Positions 38,530 to 47,761 of a stretch of DNA of 64,000 bases are shown here, piece after piece. The notes beneath the pieces were generated by a model. That model searched no databases. It was given only the letters and a program-made list of their open reading frames with translations, and had not been told where the DNA came from. The stretch spans positions 32,001-96,000 of the forward strand of contig CALKCF010000004.1 in assembly GCA_938083505.1 (NCBI GenBank), given 5' to 3'. Both the position numbers and the translations under genes were made by a program. How positions within the stretch are numbered: the first letter of the stretch is position 1; the number at the start of each line of letters is the position of its first letter. This DNA is from an uncultured archaeon. Lineage in GTDB: Archaea > Thermoproteota > Nitrososphaeria_A > Caldarchaeales > Wolframiiraptoraceae.

Positions 38530-40425
38530 ATGAAAGTTAGTATTAGAGATTTAGGATATTGGTACAGAGTATGTTTTGTTAACTTATCCGATGGTTCCGT
38601 GAAATATTTCGACCCTGGTAAAGACGTGTACAGGAATTTCATAGGTGGGAAGGGTTTGGGTGCAAAGTTACTATTCGACAACACGGAACCTAGAATAGAC
38701 CCGCTCTCGCCAGACAACGTTATTGTTTTCTCCGTAGGGCCGATAGAAGGTCTTGCCTTATCAAGCGCTGCTAGGATGGCTGCATGCTTTAAGTCGCCAC
38801 TCACAAATCTTTTCGGCGAAAGCTACAGCGGCGGTTACATAGGCACGGAAATGGGTAAAGCAGGGCTTGATGCCATCGTGGTAAAAGGTGCTTCAAATAA
38901 ACCAGTATATCTCTATGTTGAGGACGGTGAGGTCCAAATACGTGATGCATCCGCTCTTTGGGGTCTGAACACATTGGAGACCGAGAAGGCTCTCTGGAAA
39001 GAGCACGGCGATGAGGTCCAAACAGCCGTTATAGGACAGGCGGGCGAGAACTTAGTCAAGTTCGCATGTATAGTCCATGGTATATACCAACACAAAGTTA
39101 GGGGGTTGAGGGGCGGCTTCTTCGGCAGGACCGGAGGGGGTGCTGTTATGGGAAGCAAAAAGTTAAAAGCCATCGTGATAAGGGGAACGCTCGAGGTTGC
39201 CCCAGCTGATGAGAAAGCGTATGAGGAGTTAAAGAGGGATGTGTCGGAGAAAGCTCGGAACACATTAACCACACTCGCGAAGTATGGCACTTCAGGCATA
39301 ATGGCCCTTACGCAAAGCACGGGTTCCTTATCAACTAGATATTATCAGGGTGGGAGCTTTGAGGGTTACGAGAAGGTCGGACCGGAGACGATGAACAGCA
39401 CCATAGTGAAGAAACACATAACCTGTTTTGCGTGTCCAGTAGCTTGTGGTAGGCACACAGTCGTAGATTACGGAGGTAGAACCATAGTCTTAGAGGGGCC
39501 CGAGTACGAAACACTGTACGCGCTGAGCCCATTGTGTGGAATCGATGATCTAGCTGCAGTTGCGGCGGCCAACGAGTTCGCAAACCTGTACGGGCTGGAC
39601 ACGATAACGCTCGGGAACGTTGTAGGCTTCGCTATGTACTTAGTTGAACGAGGACTTCTCAAAGAAAACGACATAGGCTTGAAGTTCGGGGACGGAGCTT
39701 CACTCGTTAGGGCAGTGGAGGCTATAGCTTTCAAGAGGGGTCTTGGAAAGATACTCGCCGAGGGTGTGAGGAACGCCGCAAACATTCTAGGCGTTCCTGA
39801 ATTAGCGGTCCATGTGAAAGGGTTGGAGTTCCCAGGATACGATCCGAGGGGCTTGAAAGGTGTCGCTCTTGCATATGCTGTCTCACAAAGGGGGGCGTGC
39901 CATCTAAGACATGTAGCTTACAGGCCGAACTTGACGGAAAGGCATCCGTTCAAACCGGATGTTGCGGTTAACAGATTATCCTATGAAGGTCATGCCGAGT
40001 ACGTAGCAGAGCAGGAGGACTTCTACGCAGTTATCGATAGCCTGATAATGTGCAAGTTTTACTCCTTGCCAACGATCGGTCCAATGTTATGGGATGGCGT
40101 AACGGCAATATACAACATGGCTACTGGAGCAAGTATAAACGCGGTAGAGCTCAGAAGAATAGGTGAAAGGATCAACAATCTCATCAGGCTCTATAACATC
40201 AGAGAGGGTTTAACGAAGAATGATGATTACCTCCCAGAGAGAATGTACAAAGATCCGCTAACCTCCGGCGCGTCGAAAGGTGAGGTCGTAGATAGAGAAA
40301 GATTCGAGCAAATGTTAGATGAATTCTACAGTATAAGATGGTGGACAAAAGAAGGCAAGCCTAAGCTGGAAAAGCTTGCCGAGTTGGGGTTGACAGAATA
40401 CGCAAAGAAGATAGGCCTAGTGTAA
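38530..40425 (+). CDS. aor: Aldehyde:ferredoxin oxidoreductase (tungsten family)
   Basis: IGGKGLG, KSPLT, GRTGGGAVMGSKKLKA, CFACPVAC, GPEYET, GLDTI, RGACH and DSLIMCKF. Confidence 0.92.
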   Translation: MKVSIRDLGYWYRVCFVNLSDGSVKYFDPGKDVYRNFIGGKGLGAKLLFDNTEPRIDPLSPDNVIVFSVGPIEGLALSSAARMAACFKSPLTNLFGESYSGGYIGTEMGKAGLDAIVVKGASNKPVYLYVEDGEVQIRDASALWGLNTLETEKALWKEHGDEVQTAVIGQAGENLVKFACIVHGIYQHKVRGLRGGFFGRTGGGAVMGSKKLKAIVIRGTLEVAPADEKAYEELKRDVSEKARNTLTTLAKYGTSGIMALTQSTGSLSTRYYQGGSFEGYEKVGPETMNSTIVKKHITCFACPVACGRHTVVDYGGRTIVLEGPEYETLYALSPLCGIDDLAAVAAANEFANLYGLDTITLGNVVGFAMYLVERGLLKENDIGLKFGDGASLVRAVEAIAFKRGLGKILAEGVRNAANILGVPELAVHVKGLEFPGYDPRGLKGVALAYAVSQRGACHLRHVAYRPNLTERHPFKPDVAVNRLSYEGHAEYVAEQEDFYAVIDSLIMCKFYSLPTIGPMLWDGVTAIYNMATGASINAVELRRIGERINNLIRLYNIREGLTKNDDYLPERMYKDPLTSGASKGEVVDRERFEQMLDEFYSIRWWTKEGKPKLEKLAELGLTEYAKKIGLV

Positions 40426-40515
40426 GCTGTCTTTAGGAGTATTAAACCCGAAATTCTTAAATGTCGCTGCCCACTCAAGGGAAAGCGGAAAACTTATACC
40501 TATATTGAAAGAGGG

Positions 40516-40809
40516 GTGGTGTTCTACGTGTCAGAATCTAAGCACTCATGGGAAGAGAAAAGACAACAAATAGTTCAGATACTTGAGACTATAGCGAACG
40601 ACACAAGTACGCCTAGAAACATAAGGAGGGCGGCCAAATCTGCAAGCGACGTCCTCTTCGACGAAAGGTTCATACCTGCCGTTAGGGCGGCAAATGCTAT
40701 CGAGATCATCGATGAGATAATCTCAGATCCCAATATGCCGCCCTTCACTAGGACACAGCTCTGGATGGTGATGTCTTTGTTAGAGACGATAAGGGCTGCC
40801 CAACAATGA
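40516..40809 (+). CDS. UPF0147 family protein
   Basis: DTSTPRNIRRAA, RAANAI and DPNMPPFTRTQLW. Confidence 0.9.
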   Translation: MVFYVSESKHSWEEKRQQIVQILETIANDTSTPRNIRRAAKSASDVLFDERFIPAVRAANAIEIIDEIISDPNMPPFTRTQLWMVMSLLETIRAAQQ

Positions 40810-40895
40810 GGTGCCAGCAAGTACCAATAGCTGCTATGACATTAGCACGTACGAGGGTTATATCAATTGCTATCCAATTAACGGTGAGTAGATGA

Positions 40896-41855
40896 TTGAA
40901 GGTTATGGTGAGGGGGATATATTCCACTGCGCTACTAAGGCTCATTTTAAAGAATGGACATGAAATATCCTTACCTACGGTCTCCCAGAAAGAAAGGTTC
41001 GGTGTATGGTCTACAGAATCGCCTGATGTGATAGTAAGCGACACCCAAGATAAACATGCAATCAAGATCTTAGGAAGGAGAGAACACGTTGAGGATTTTG
41101 TTAAGATACTAAAGAAAGGCGTCCCATCTACAATACTCGTTGGCAAAGCAAGACAATTGGAGAATTCTCAAGATAGTATCCAAATTATCGCGGCATTCCC
41201 GTTGGAAGCTAAGTTGGAGCTTGATGTGCTTAGGAGCGAGGTAACATATACTGTACCTTGGCACCATTTTTGTAGGGCTGGTGGCGAAAGCCTTTCGTTA
41301 GTGGTGTCTTTCGCAGAACAATTGCTCGAGGAGGGTTTGCTCCAACCAGACAAAGTTTATGCGATGTTTAAAGAGTATATGTCAAAGTTGACGCCTAGAT
41401 TGGGTAGCACTATACGTATCGTCCACTCAAAGCTGAACGGAAAGAACATACTCATGGGCCCAGCTAAGGTCATATGGAGAAGAGAGGGTGTCGTTAAAGT
41501 TCGAAGATCGATTCTTGGGGGTGGTGTCTACGACGGTCTTAACGTGCCGAAGTCGCCGGGAGATTATGCCATAACGGAGCTTAAGAAAGAGCGCATGTAT
41601 ACTTTAACAAGGTATTACTCCATAAACGGTAGCCTTAAAGGTGAATATTATAACATCTGCACATCGGTAGAGATGTATGACACGTATGTTAGGTACGTGG
41701 ACCTAGGTGTGGATGTCGTGAGACCTTTCGGTAAAGAGCCGAGTATTATAGATCAAGATGAGCCAAGAGAAGCGTGCGCTACTGGTCAGCTACCGGAGCA
41801 CATAATGAAAAAAGCACTCGATGTGGTAAAGGAAATCGTGAAACAGTTGGTCTAA
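40896..41855 (+). CDS. FAU-1-like / DUF402 RNA-binding ribonuclease family protein (short form)
   Basis: N-terminal VRGIYSTAL, GVYDGL, GEYYNICT and YVDLGVDVV. Confidence 0.78.
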   Translation: MKVMVRGIYSTALLRLILKNGHEISLPTVSQKERFGVWSTESPDVIVSDTQDKHAIKILGRREHVEDFVKILKKGVPSTILVGKARQLENSQDSIQIIAAFPLEAKLELDVLRSEVTYTVPWHHFCRAGGESLSLVVSFAEQLLEEGLLQPDKVYAMFKEYMSKLTPRLGSTIRIVHSKLNGKNILMGPAKVIWRREGVVKVRRSILGGGVYDGLNVPKSPGDYAITELKKERMYTLTRYYSINGSLKGEYYNICTSVEMYDTYVRYVDLGVDVVRPFGKEPSIIDQDEPREACATGQLPEHIMKKALDVVKEIVKQLV

Positions 41856-41890
41856 ACGGGTATGGCTATTATTCTCGTCAAGGTTAAAGG

Positions 41891-42304
41891 TTACTTAGCA
41901 ACGACGGCAAGCTTGAGCTGCTTTACACCTTTCTCCATCATCATACTCTCCATGAGCTCCTTTATCCTTCCCGACTCTCCCTTCACCGCGATTATCTCTA
42001 AGCAGTTATTCTCGTCAAGGTGCACATGCATCGTGGACGTTATTATGTTGCCGTATTCGTGCTGTATGTCGGTCAGAGACTCCTCTATGCCCCTACTCTT
42101 GTGATCGTATAGCAGTATTAATGCGCCAGCAATATCGCCAGACTCATGAGTCCACCTGTAATCCGTCAGGAAGTTTCTTATCGCCATCTGTATAACTTTT
42201 GACCTGTCGTAACCTGATTTCTCGATAAAGTTGTCCAACTCTTTTAGCAAGTCAGGCGGTATGGATATACTGATTCTGGTTACGCCCCCAGACATGTCTG
42301 ACAA
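41891..42304 (-). CDS. nikR: Nickel-responsive regulator NikR
   Basis: RHH strand RISISIP and RSKVI; Ni ligands in QH...HVH...NCLE. Confidence 0.88.
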   Translation of the reverse strand: MSDMSGGVTRISISIPPDLLKELDNFIEKSGYDRSKVIQMAIRNFLTDYRWTHESGDIAGALILLYDHKSRGIEESLTDIQHEYGNIITSTMHVHLDENNCLEIIAVKGESGRIKELMESMMMEKGVKQLKLAVVAK

Positions 42305-42326
42305 ATTAAAGATGCGCTGTGCTTAT

Positions 42327-43034
42327 TTATGAGCTATTGTTCGCTGAATCGCCCATCCTTCTCATGAAATCCCCCATCCAAGAGTTGCCAGCCATCTTGA
42401 CAAAAGCACCCACTTTTTCTATCCTCTGCACAATAATGGCTAGCGGTATTAAAGAGAGAACTACATGGCCTACGTTGTAGGCCGACGTAAGGGCCATGAT
42501 AAGCAAAATCAGCTCTAGCTCGGAGCCTAAACTCAGACCCAGCACCGTCGAGAGCAAGTAGTTAACAAAGATAAGTGACTCGGGCACTAATATCACCAGG
42601 ATTGCGTAGTTCATTGCGCCCATGACACTAACCCTAGTCAAAGTAGCCAATATGGCCATGCGCAGCAGGAGTGAGCCGAAACTACGTTCCTTACGTTTTG
42701 CTAATGTTTTGCAGCCCAGCCATATGCCTGCAAATGTGGAGACAATTGCCAAGAACTTCATGAATGGGCCTATCGGCCAGAGCCATTCTCCCATCGTTAC
42801 AATGGTCAGCACCATCCAATATGTCAGCGACGTTACGAGACCTAACAAGGGCCCGAATGCTAGGAAAGAAAAAATAACAGGAAGCTCCGCCAAATCAAAC
42901 CTAAGGTACGGCAGCGGCGGAAATGGAAAGCTGAGCTTGAGCATTGCGATTGTTGCGGAGATACCTCCGAATACCGCCGCAACGGCCACCAGCAAACTCT
43001 TTGACGGCTCTTCACGTTCCAAGGCTGCCACCAA
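42327..43034 (-). CDS. ECF transporter S component (RibU-like motif)
   Basis: About 6 TM helices; PYLRFDLAELPVIFSFLAFGPLLG. Confidence 0.75.
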   Translation of the reverse strand: MVAALEREEPSKSLLVAVAAVFGGISATIAMLKLSFPFPPLPYLRFDLAELPVIFSFLAFGPLLGLVTSLTYWMVLTIVTMGEWLWPIGPFMKFLAIVSTFAGIWLGCKTLAKRKERSFGSLLLRMAILATLTRVSVMGAMNYAILVILVPESLIFVNYLLSTVLGLSLGSELELILLIMALTSAYNVGHVVLSLIPLAIIVQRIEKVGAFVKMAGNSWMGDFMRRMGDSANNSS

Positions 43035-43111
43035 CTTCTTAAAACATATACTTAAACTTTTACTTAAATTTTAGTTTCTACCAATTTTTGAGTAAAAATT
43101 AATGGGTATTG

Positions 43112-43696
43112 CTAAGTTTTTCTGACGGGTAACATCGTAGGATTCAGGAAGGAGAGTATTTGACTCTTAAAACCATTGTGACCTGCAAGGGCTGCCGTGA
43201 AGAATCCCATAACAAATATCTCGAAAGTCCCTTTCAAAAGTATCGGAGCCCACAGACCCGGCAGAAAAGCTGGCGCTGCTGGTAGGAAAAGCGGTACCAT
43301 TACCACGAACACAAGGTATATCCATAAAGCCTCAGGTAGGAATGCTAGAAGGACTACCGGAATGTAAAGCCAAGTCCTCGAGTCGAGCCATTTCTTAAAG
43401 GCTCTAGAAAGCAAACCTACCATGATTCCCATAATGGCCTTTCCGATACTTGCCGTGATACCTAAAGGGCCAAGATTCCCAAGAGGTCCGAACCATATTG
43501 ACGGAAGGATTCCTGCTATGAAGCCTGTCAAGCCGCCTAGTGCCCAGCCTCCATATATTCCCGCTATGATCGCCGAAAGTAAAGAGAAGTCGAGCGCAAC
43601 TTGCTGAACCATCGTAGGTATGACCGTCAAGGCTGCCAAGGCGTTTCCTAAAGCTCCCATCATGACTGCAAAGGCCCAGTGCCTTGAGTTCAACAC
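43112..43696 (-). CDS. ECF transporter S component
   Basis: Hydrophobic, 194 aa; ALDFSLLSAIIAGIYGGWALGGLTGFIAG. Confidence 0.72.
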   Translation of the reverse strand: MLNSRHWAFAVMMGALGNALAALTVIPTMVQQVALDFSLLSAIIAGIYGGWALGGLTGFIAGILPSIWFGPLGNLGPLGITASIGKAIMGIMVGLLSRAFKKWLDSRTWLYIPVVLLAFLPEALWIYLVFVVMVPLFLPAAPAFLPGLWAPILLKGTFEIFVMGFFTAALAGHNGFKSQILSFLNPTMLPVRKT

Positions 43697-43737
43697 AAGA
43701 CCGCCCCTTCTTAATTTATTTTATCATGCTTGTTTTG

Positions 43738-43769
43738 GTTATAAAAATTTTACGTAAAATTATTATGAC
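43738..43769. promoter_or_regulatory. 32-bp inverted repeat (candidate operator) over the promoter of the ECF S genes
   Basis: GTTATAAA-AATTTTACGTAAAATT-ATTATGAC. Perfect 16-bp core at 43746-61 and 28 of 32 positions symmetric; overlaps a minus-strand TTTTTATA box. Confidence 0.6.
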
Positions 43770-43781
43770 AATTTTTACAAA

Positions 43782-44108
43782 TTATTGTTTGATTTGTGAA
43801 AACTTATCTAACCGAATGACTTCAATTGTTTTAAGAAGTAGTTCCATAAACCTATCTTGATCCTTAAGCGACAAAACCCTAGACCTTCCAACTTCGTAAA
43901 TTTCTACTATGCCAGCCCCCTCTAGCACCTTTACATGCCTATATGTGGCTGCATAGTCCATTTTCAGGCTCTTGGCGACGGCCTTTATATGGAGCGGCCT
44001 CTTGGTATCAGCCACCATTAGCAGTATTTTTAGCCTTGTCTTATTACCCAGGGCCTCAAAGAGCATGGAAACACGCTCTAACAGCTCTTCAGTAAACAAA
44101 TTTGACAT
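43782..44108 (-). CDS. ArsR/SmtB-family wHTH regulator
   Basis: FEALGNKTRLKIL and YRHVKVLEGAGIV. Confidence 0.85.
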   Translation of the reverse strand: MSNLFTEELLERVSMLFEALGNKTRLKILLMVADTKRPLHIKAVAKSLKMDYAATYRHVKVLEGAGIVEIYEVGRSRVLSLKDQDRFMELLLKTIEVIRLDKFSQIKQ

Positions 44109-44305
44109 TATATACTAACAATCAGAGATTAATATATAAACTTTAAAAACTCGAACTTATGATGTTTATTGCGTTATAGTTTTTTGAGACATTCATAACT
44201 TTGTAACTCTCTTAGAAGCATCTAAAGCTGCTCACAGCTCGTATACTCAGCCTTGGAATAACGAACCGAAGGGCGCTTTACTTAAAAAGCCTTTTAGTAG
44301 GTAAC

Positions 44306-44917
44306 ATGTATCGGGTTTGTTGCATGAATAAGGGGCTCTTGGTGGCACTTGAGGGCGTAGACGGTGCGGGCAAGACAACACAGTCGAAAGCCATAGTCAG
44401 ATGGCTTAAGAAAAACGGTTATGCAGCGAAATACACGAGCGAGCCAACATCTGTCGGTGCAGGAAAATTGCTGAGCAAGCCCGGCTTTACAGCATCGCCA
44501 GCTTTGGAGGCACTTCTCTTCGCAGCAGATAGGATAGGGCATGTGAAAAGGGTCATAGAGCCCGGCCTTAGGAAGGGCTACGTGATAGTCTCCGATAGGT
44601 ATACGTACTCTTCGATAGCATACCAAGGTGTTATACTCGGGGATGTTGAGTGGGTAAGGACAATCAATAAGTTTGCGCCAAAACCAGACGTTGCTTTCCT
44701 CTTAGACGTGGAGCCAAGGCTTGCACTCTCTAGGATAAAGAGGCCGAGGAGCAGGTTCGAGAAGCTCGGACTCTTAGAGGCTGTTAGAAAGATATACTTA
44801 GATATGGTGGCGGCTGGCGAGTTGATAGTCGTAGACGGCACGAAGCCGCCGAAGCAAGTTACCGAAGAGCTCTTAGCCAAGCTTAGGCCTTTCTTACCCA
44901 ATCCAAGGTGCAGATAA
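44306..44917 (+). CDS. tmk: Thymidylate kinase
   Basis: EGVDGAGKTT, LLFAADR and SDRYTYSSIAYQ. Likely start is ATG 44324. Confidence 0.95.
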   Translation: MYRVCCMNKGLLVALEGVDGAGKTTQSKAIVRWLKKNGYAAKYTSEPTSVGAGKLLSKPGFTASPALEALLFAADRIGHVKRVIEPGLRKGYVIVSDRYTYSSIAYQGVILGDVEWVRTINKFAPKPDVAFLLDVEPRLALSRIKRPRSRFEKLGLLEAVRKIYLDMVAAGELIVVDGTKPPKQVTEELLAKLRPFLPNPRCR

Positions 44918-45447
44918 CTATGAGTAGCATAGGCGAGGTTTACAGAAGGCTTAGGGGGCTTTTGCTTGAGAGGCCCTACAACTTCAGCTGGGTCGATAGC
45001 ATGCTTGCAGCCTGTGGTAGGCCTGTATCGAGATCTCAGATTATGTGGTTATATGAGCAGGGTATAAGGGCACTGCTTAGCCTAACCGAGAGCCCGCTTC
45101 CAAAAGAGTGGTTGGAATCGACAGACCTCCTTTATATGCACGTGCCCATGAAGGACCACGAACCTCCGAGCGTTGAAGACCTCGAGAAGTGCGTCGAGTT
45201 CATACTTTCCAATATCAAGGCTGGCAGGCCAACAGCAGTTCACTGCGCTGCAGGCTTAGGAAGAACTGGGGCGGTCATCGCAGCATACTTCATCACCTCG
45301 GAGAAAATTTATCCGAACGAAGCGATAGAAAAGATCAGAAGACTAAGACCCGGCTCCGTCGAAGCATTGCAGGAGGTTTCGGTGTACGCTTTCGCAGAGA
45401 AGGTATTTAACGAGCTTGAGGACGTGCACCACTCCCATAATCCATAA
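44908..45447 (+). CDS. Dual-specificity protein phosphatase (CX5R)
   Basis: NFSWV, DHEPP, VHCAAGLGRTG and RRLRPGSVE..Q. Confidence 0.9.
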   Translation: MQITMSSIGEVYRRLRGLLLERPYNFSWVDSMLAACGRPVSRSQIMWLYEQGIRALLSLTESPLPKEWLESTDLLYMHVPMKDHEPPSVEDLEKCVEFILSNIKAGRPTAVHCAAGLGRTGAVIAAYFITSEKIYPNEAIEKIRRLRPGSVEALQEVSVYAFAEKVFNELEDVHHSHNP

Positions 45448-45471
45448 ATATAGCAAAGCCAAATCTTACGA

Positions 45472-45527
45472 GCGATGATGATGTTGAGGTACGCTGAATG
45501 TATGATGAGGGTTGCAGTAGCTGAATA
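45472..45527 (+). ncRNA. Box C/D methylation-guide sRNA (#4), all four boxes perfect
   Basis: C ATGATGA 45475-81, 12-nt guide, D' CTGA 45494-97, C' ATGATGA 45502-08, 12-nt guide, D CTGA 45521-24. Confidence 0.92.
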
Positions 45528-45585
45528 ATATAACTATCTATACATAGTACGCTAACGATTAGTTCAGTAATTCGTTAAACTAATT

Positions 45586-47757
45586 TTAAGGAATCTCACT
45601 TAGCTGCTCCTTTATCCTGCGCGCTATCTGCGGCCCTATTCCCGGCACGGACATCAACGACTCGATGTCCGCCTTCTTCAAGTCCTCTATGTTCTTGAAG
45701 CCCCTGCTGTAGAGCGCCCTAGCCCTAACCCTACCTATGCCCTCGAGCCTCGCCAGCGGTATAAGCTCCTCCTTTATCCCGTGCTTTAGCCTCTCAGTCA
45801 TCACACGGAGTGGGTTTATGAAATCCACAGCCTTTATGACGTTCGCTATCTGATGGGCCGAGTAGCAGACCCACTCGGCCTTCTCCCTAAGGGCCGCGAG
45901 GTCGCCCGGCTCGACGCCAAGCTTCTCGTATATGTCACCTTCGCTCACCTCGTTTATCCATGCCTCCAAAACCATCACGTTCTTTAACGCTTCAAGATAT
46001 GCCTCGTAAGCTTCCGGTTCCTCATCGGGGTCTGGCGGTTTGACGAGTAGCTCATCCTTGTACCTCTCGTAGTAGTTTGCAAGCCTCTCGAGCGGAACCC
46101 TGGCCATCGGTATGGACGGAACGTCCGGGGTGATGCAGAGCATCTGAAGGAGTGTTACTGTCGTTATCTCCCTCACCTCTGCCTTCATAGCCTCTATAAG
46201 CCTAACAGCGGTCAGCGGGTCGATGTAAAGTTCCGATACTCTCCTGCCGAGTTTCGTTGCGCTCAACTTACCCTCAACGACCTCCACCATGCCGTGCCTG
46301 TCCAAGAATTCTATGGCCCTCACTATCTTGTCCTTCACGCCTACAACACTATACTGATATCCGAAGAAAGTCTTCTCGAAGAAGCTAATCAGCTCCTTCA
46401 TGCTTTCCGCGGCCCTCGTGGCTATCAATGCCAAAGTCTGAATCCTGATGTGTCTCTCATTCGAAAGCCTAGAATAAATTTTTTCTGGCAACCCGAGTAT
46501 ATACCTGCTGAATATCATCTCGCGCTCCACATCTTTTCTTGCTATGCTGACAGCGTAACCTACATCGTCGTACTTCGGCCTTCCCGCCCTTCCCGAAAAT
46601 TGTTTGTATTCCATAACAGATATATACTGCATACCGTACATCGGCTCGTACCTCCAAAGCTCAGGAATTATCACAGTCCTTGCCGGAAGGTTCACGCCGG
46701 CAGCGAGCGTCGGCGTGGCGCAGAGTATCTTCAGGCACCTGCTCCTGAAGGCCTCCTCAATTATCTGTCTGTGTTTGTAGCCGAGACCGGCATGATGAAA
46801 GGCGCTTCCCCTAACCATAAGCTTGACGAGCCTCTCCGTGAAGCTGGAGCGCTCGCTTTCGCTCATCATCTCCTCAGCGAACCTTCTCAACGTTTCCGCC
46901 TCCTCGTAGCTGATGCACTCTATGTGTCTGCCTAAAGCGGCTGCCGCCTTTTCTGCCAGGCTTTCTGCTTTCCGCCTGGATAGCGCAAATATCAGCGCCT
47001 GTCCGCCTTCCATAACTGTCCAAATAGCCACGTTCAATGTTGGGTCTGGCTCATAGTTCCTCAACTTGATGACGCCGTCGTTGAACTCCAGCTTACCGTC
47101 GAAGTAGACTGCTTCCTTGAGCGGGACCGGCCTCCACTCACTTATCACATAATCGCAACCTAACCAGTCCGCTAACTCTTCGGCGTTCCTTATCGTCGCG
47201 CTGAGCGAAAGGACCTGTGCCTTAGGTGCCATGTTCCTGAGCCTCGTTAGGACGACCTCGAGCGTAGGACCTCTCTCCGGCTCACCTATGACGTGAACTT
47301 CATCGACGATTAATAATGAGACGTCCCTTACCCATTCTGCACCGTGTCTTAGGAGGCTGTCGGCCTTTTCGTTTGTGCAAATTACGACGTCGTAGTCAGC
47401 AAGCCATTTGTCTTCGCTGTCATAGTCACCCGATGTTGCAGCCACCTTTATCCTTCCGCCCTCTCTAGAGGCCAGCAACTCCTTAAACTCGTGTAGCTTC
47501 TCTGACGTCAAGGCTCTGAGCGGTGTAAGGTACATCACCTTGCCGCCTTTTGTGAGGTGAATAGAGGCGGCGAGAATGGCTACTAGGGTCTTTCCACTAG
47601 CAGTCGGTGTCGCCAGTATGAGGTTCTTTCCCTCAAGGACGTTCTTCCTTATCGCATCAACCTGAGGAGGGTATAGCTCCCTTATTCCGGCTTTCAAGAG
47701 GTTTGACTTAAGATAATCTGGTATCGGAAGGTCTGTTATGAGCATGGATGGCACCAA
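45586..47757 (-). CDS. hel308: Hel308/Hjm SF2 DNA helicase
   Basis: LYPPQ, PTASGKT, DEVH, SAT, FHHAGL, TPTLAAGVNLPA, GRAGRP and C-terminal HhH with RAR. Confidence 0.95.
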   Translation of the reverse strand: MVPSMLITDLPIPDYLKSNLLKAGIRELYPPQVDAIRKNVLEGKNLILATPTASGKTLVAILAASIHLTKGGKVMYLTPLRALTSEKLHEFKELLASREGGRIKVAATSGDYDSEDKWLADYDVVICTNEKADSLLRHGAEWVRDVSLLIVDEVHVIGEPERGPTLEVVLTRLRNMAPKAQVLSLSATIRNAEELADWLGCDYVISEWRPVPLKEAVYFDGKLEFNDGVIKLRNYEPDPTLNVAIWTVMEGGQALIFALSRRKAESLAEKAAAALGRHIECISYEEAETLRRFAEEMMSESERSSFTERLVKLMVRGSAFHHAGLGYKHRQIIEEAFRSRCLKILCATPTLAAGVNLPARTVIIPELWRYEPMYGMQYISVMEYKQFSGRAGRPKYDDVGYAVSIARKDVEREMIFSRYILGLPEKIYSRLSNERHIRIQTLALIATRAAESMKELISFFEKTFFGYQYSVVGVKDKIVRAIEFLDRHGMVEVVEGKLSATKLGRRVSELYIDPLTAVRLIEAMKAEVREITTVTLLQMLCITPDVPSIPMARVPLERLANYYERYKDELLVKPPDPDEEPEAYEAYLEALKNVMVLEAWINEVSEGDIYEKLGVEPGDLAALREKAEWVCYSAHQIANVIKAVDFINPLRVMTERLKHGIKEELIPLARLEGIGRVRARALYSRGFKNIEDLKKADIESLMSVPGIGPQIARRIKEQLSEIP

Positions 47758-47761
47758 AATC

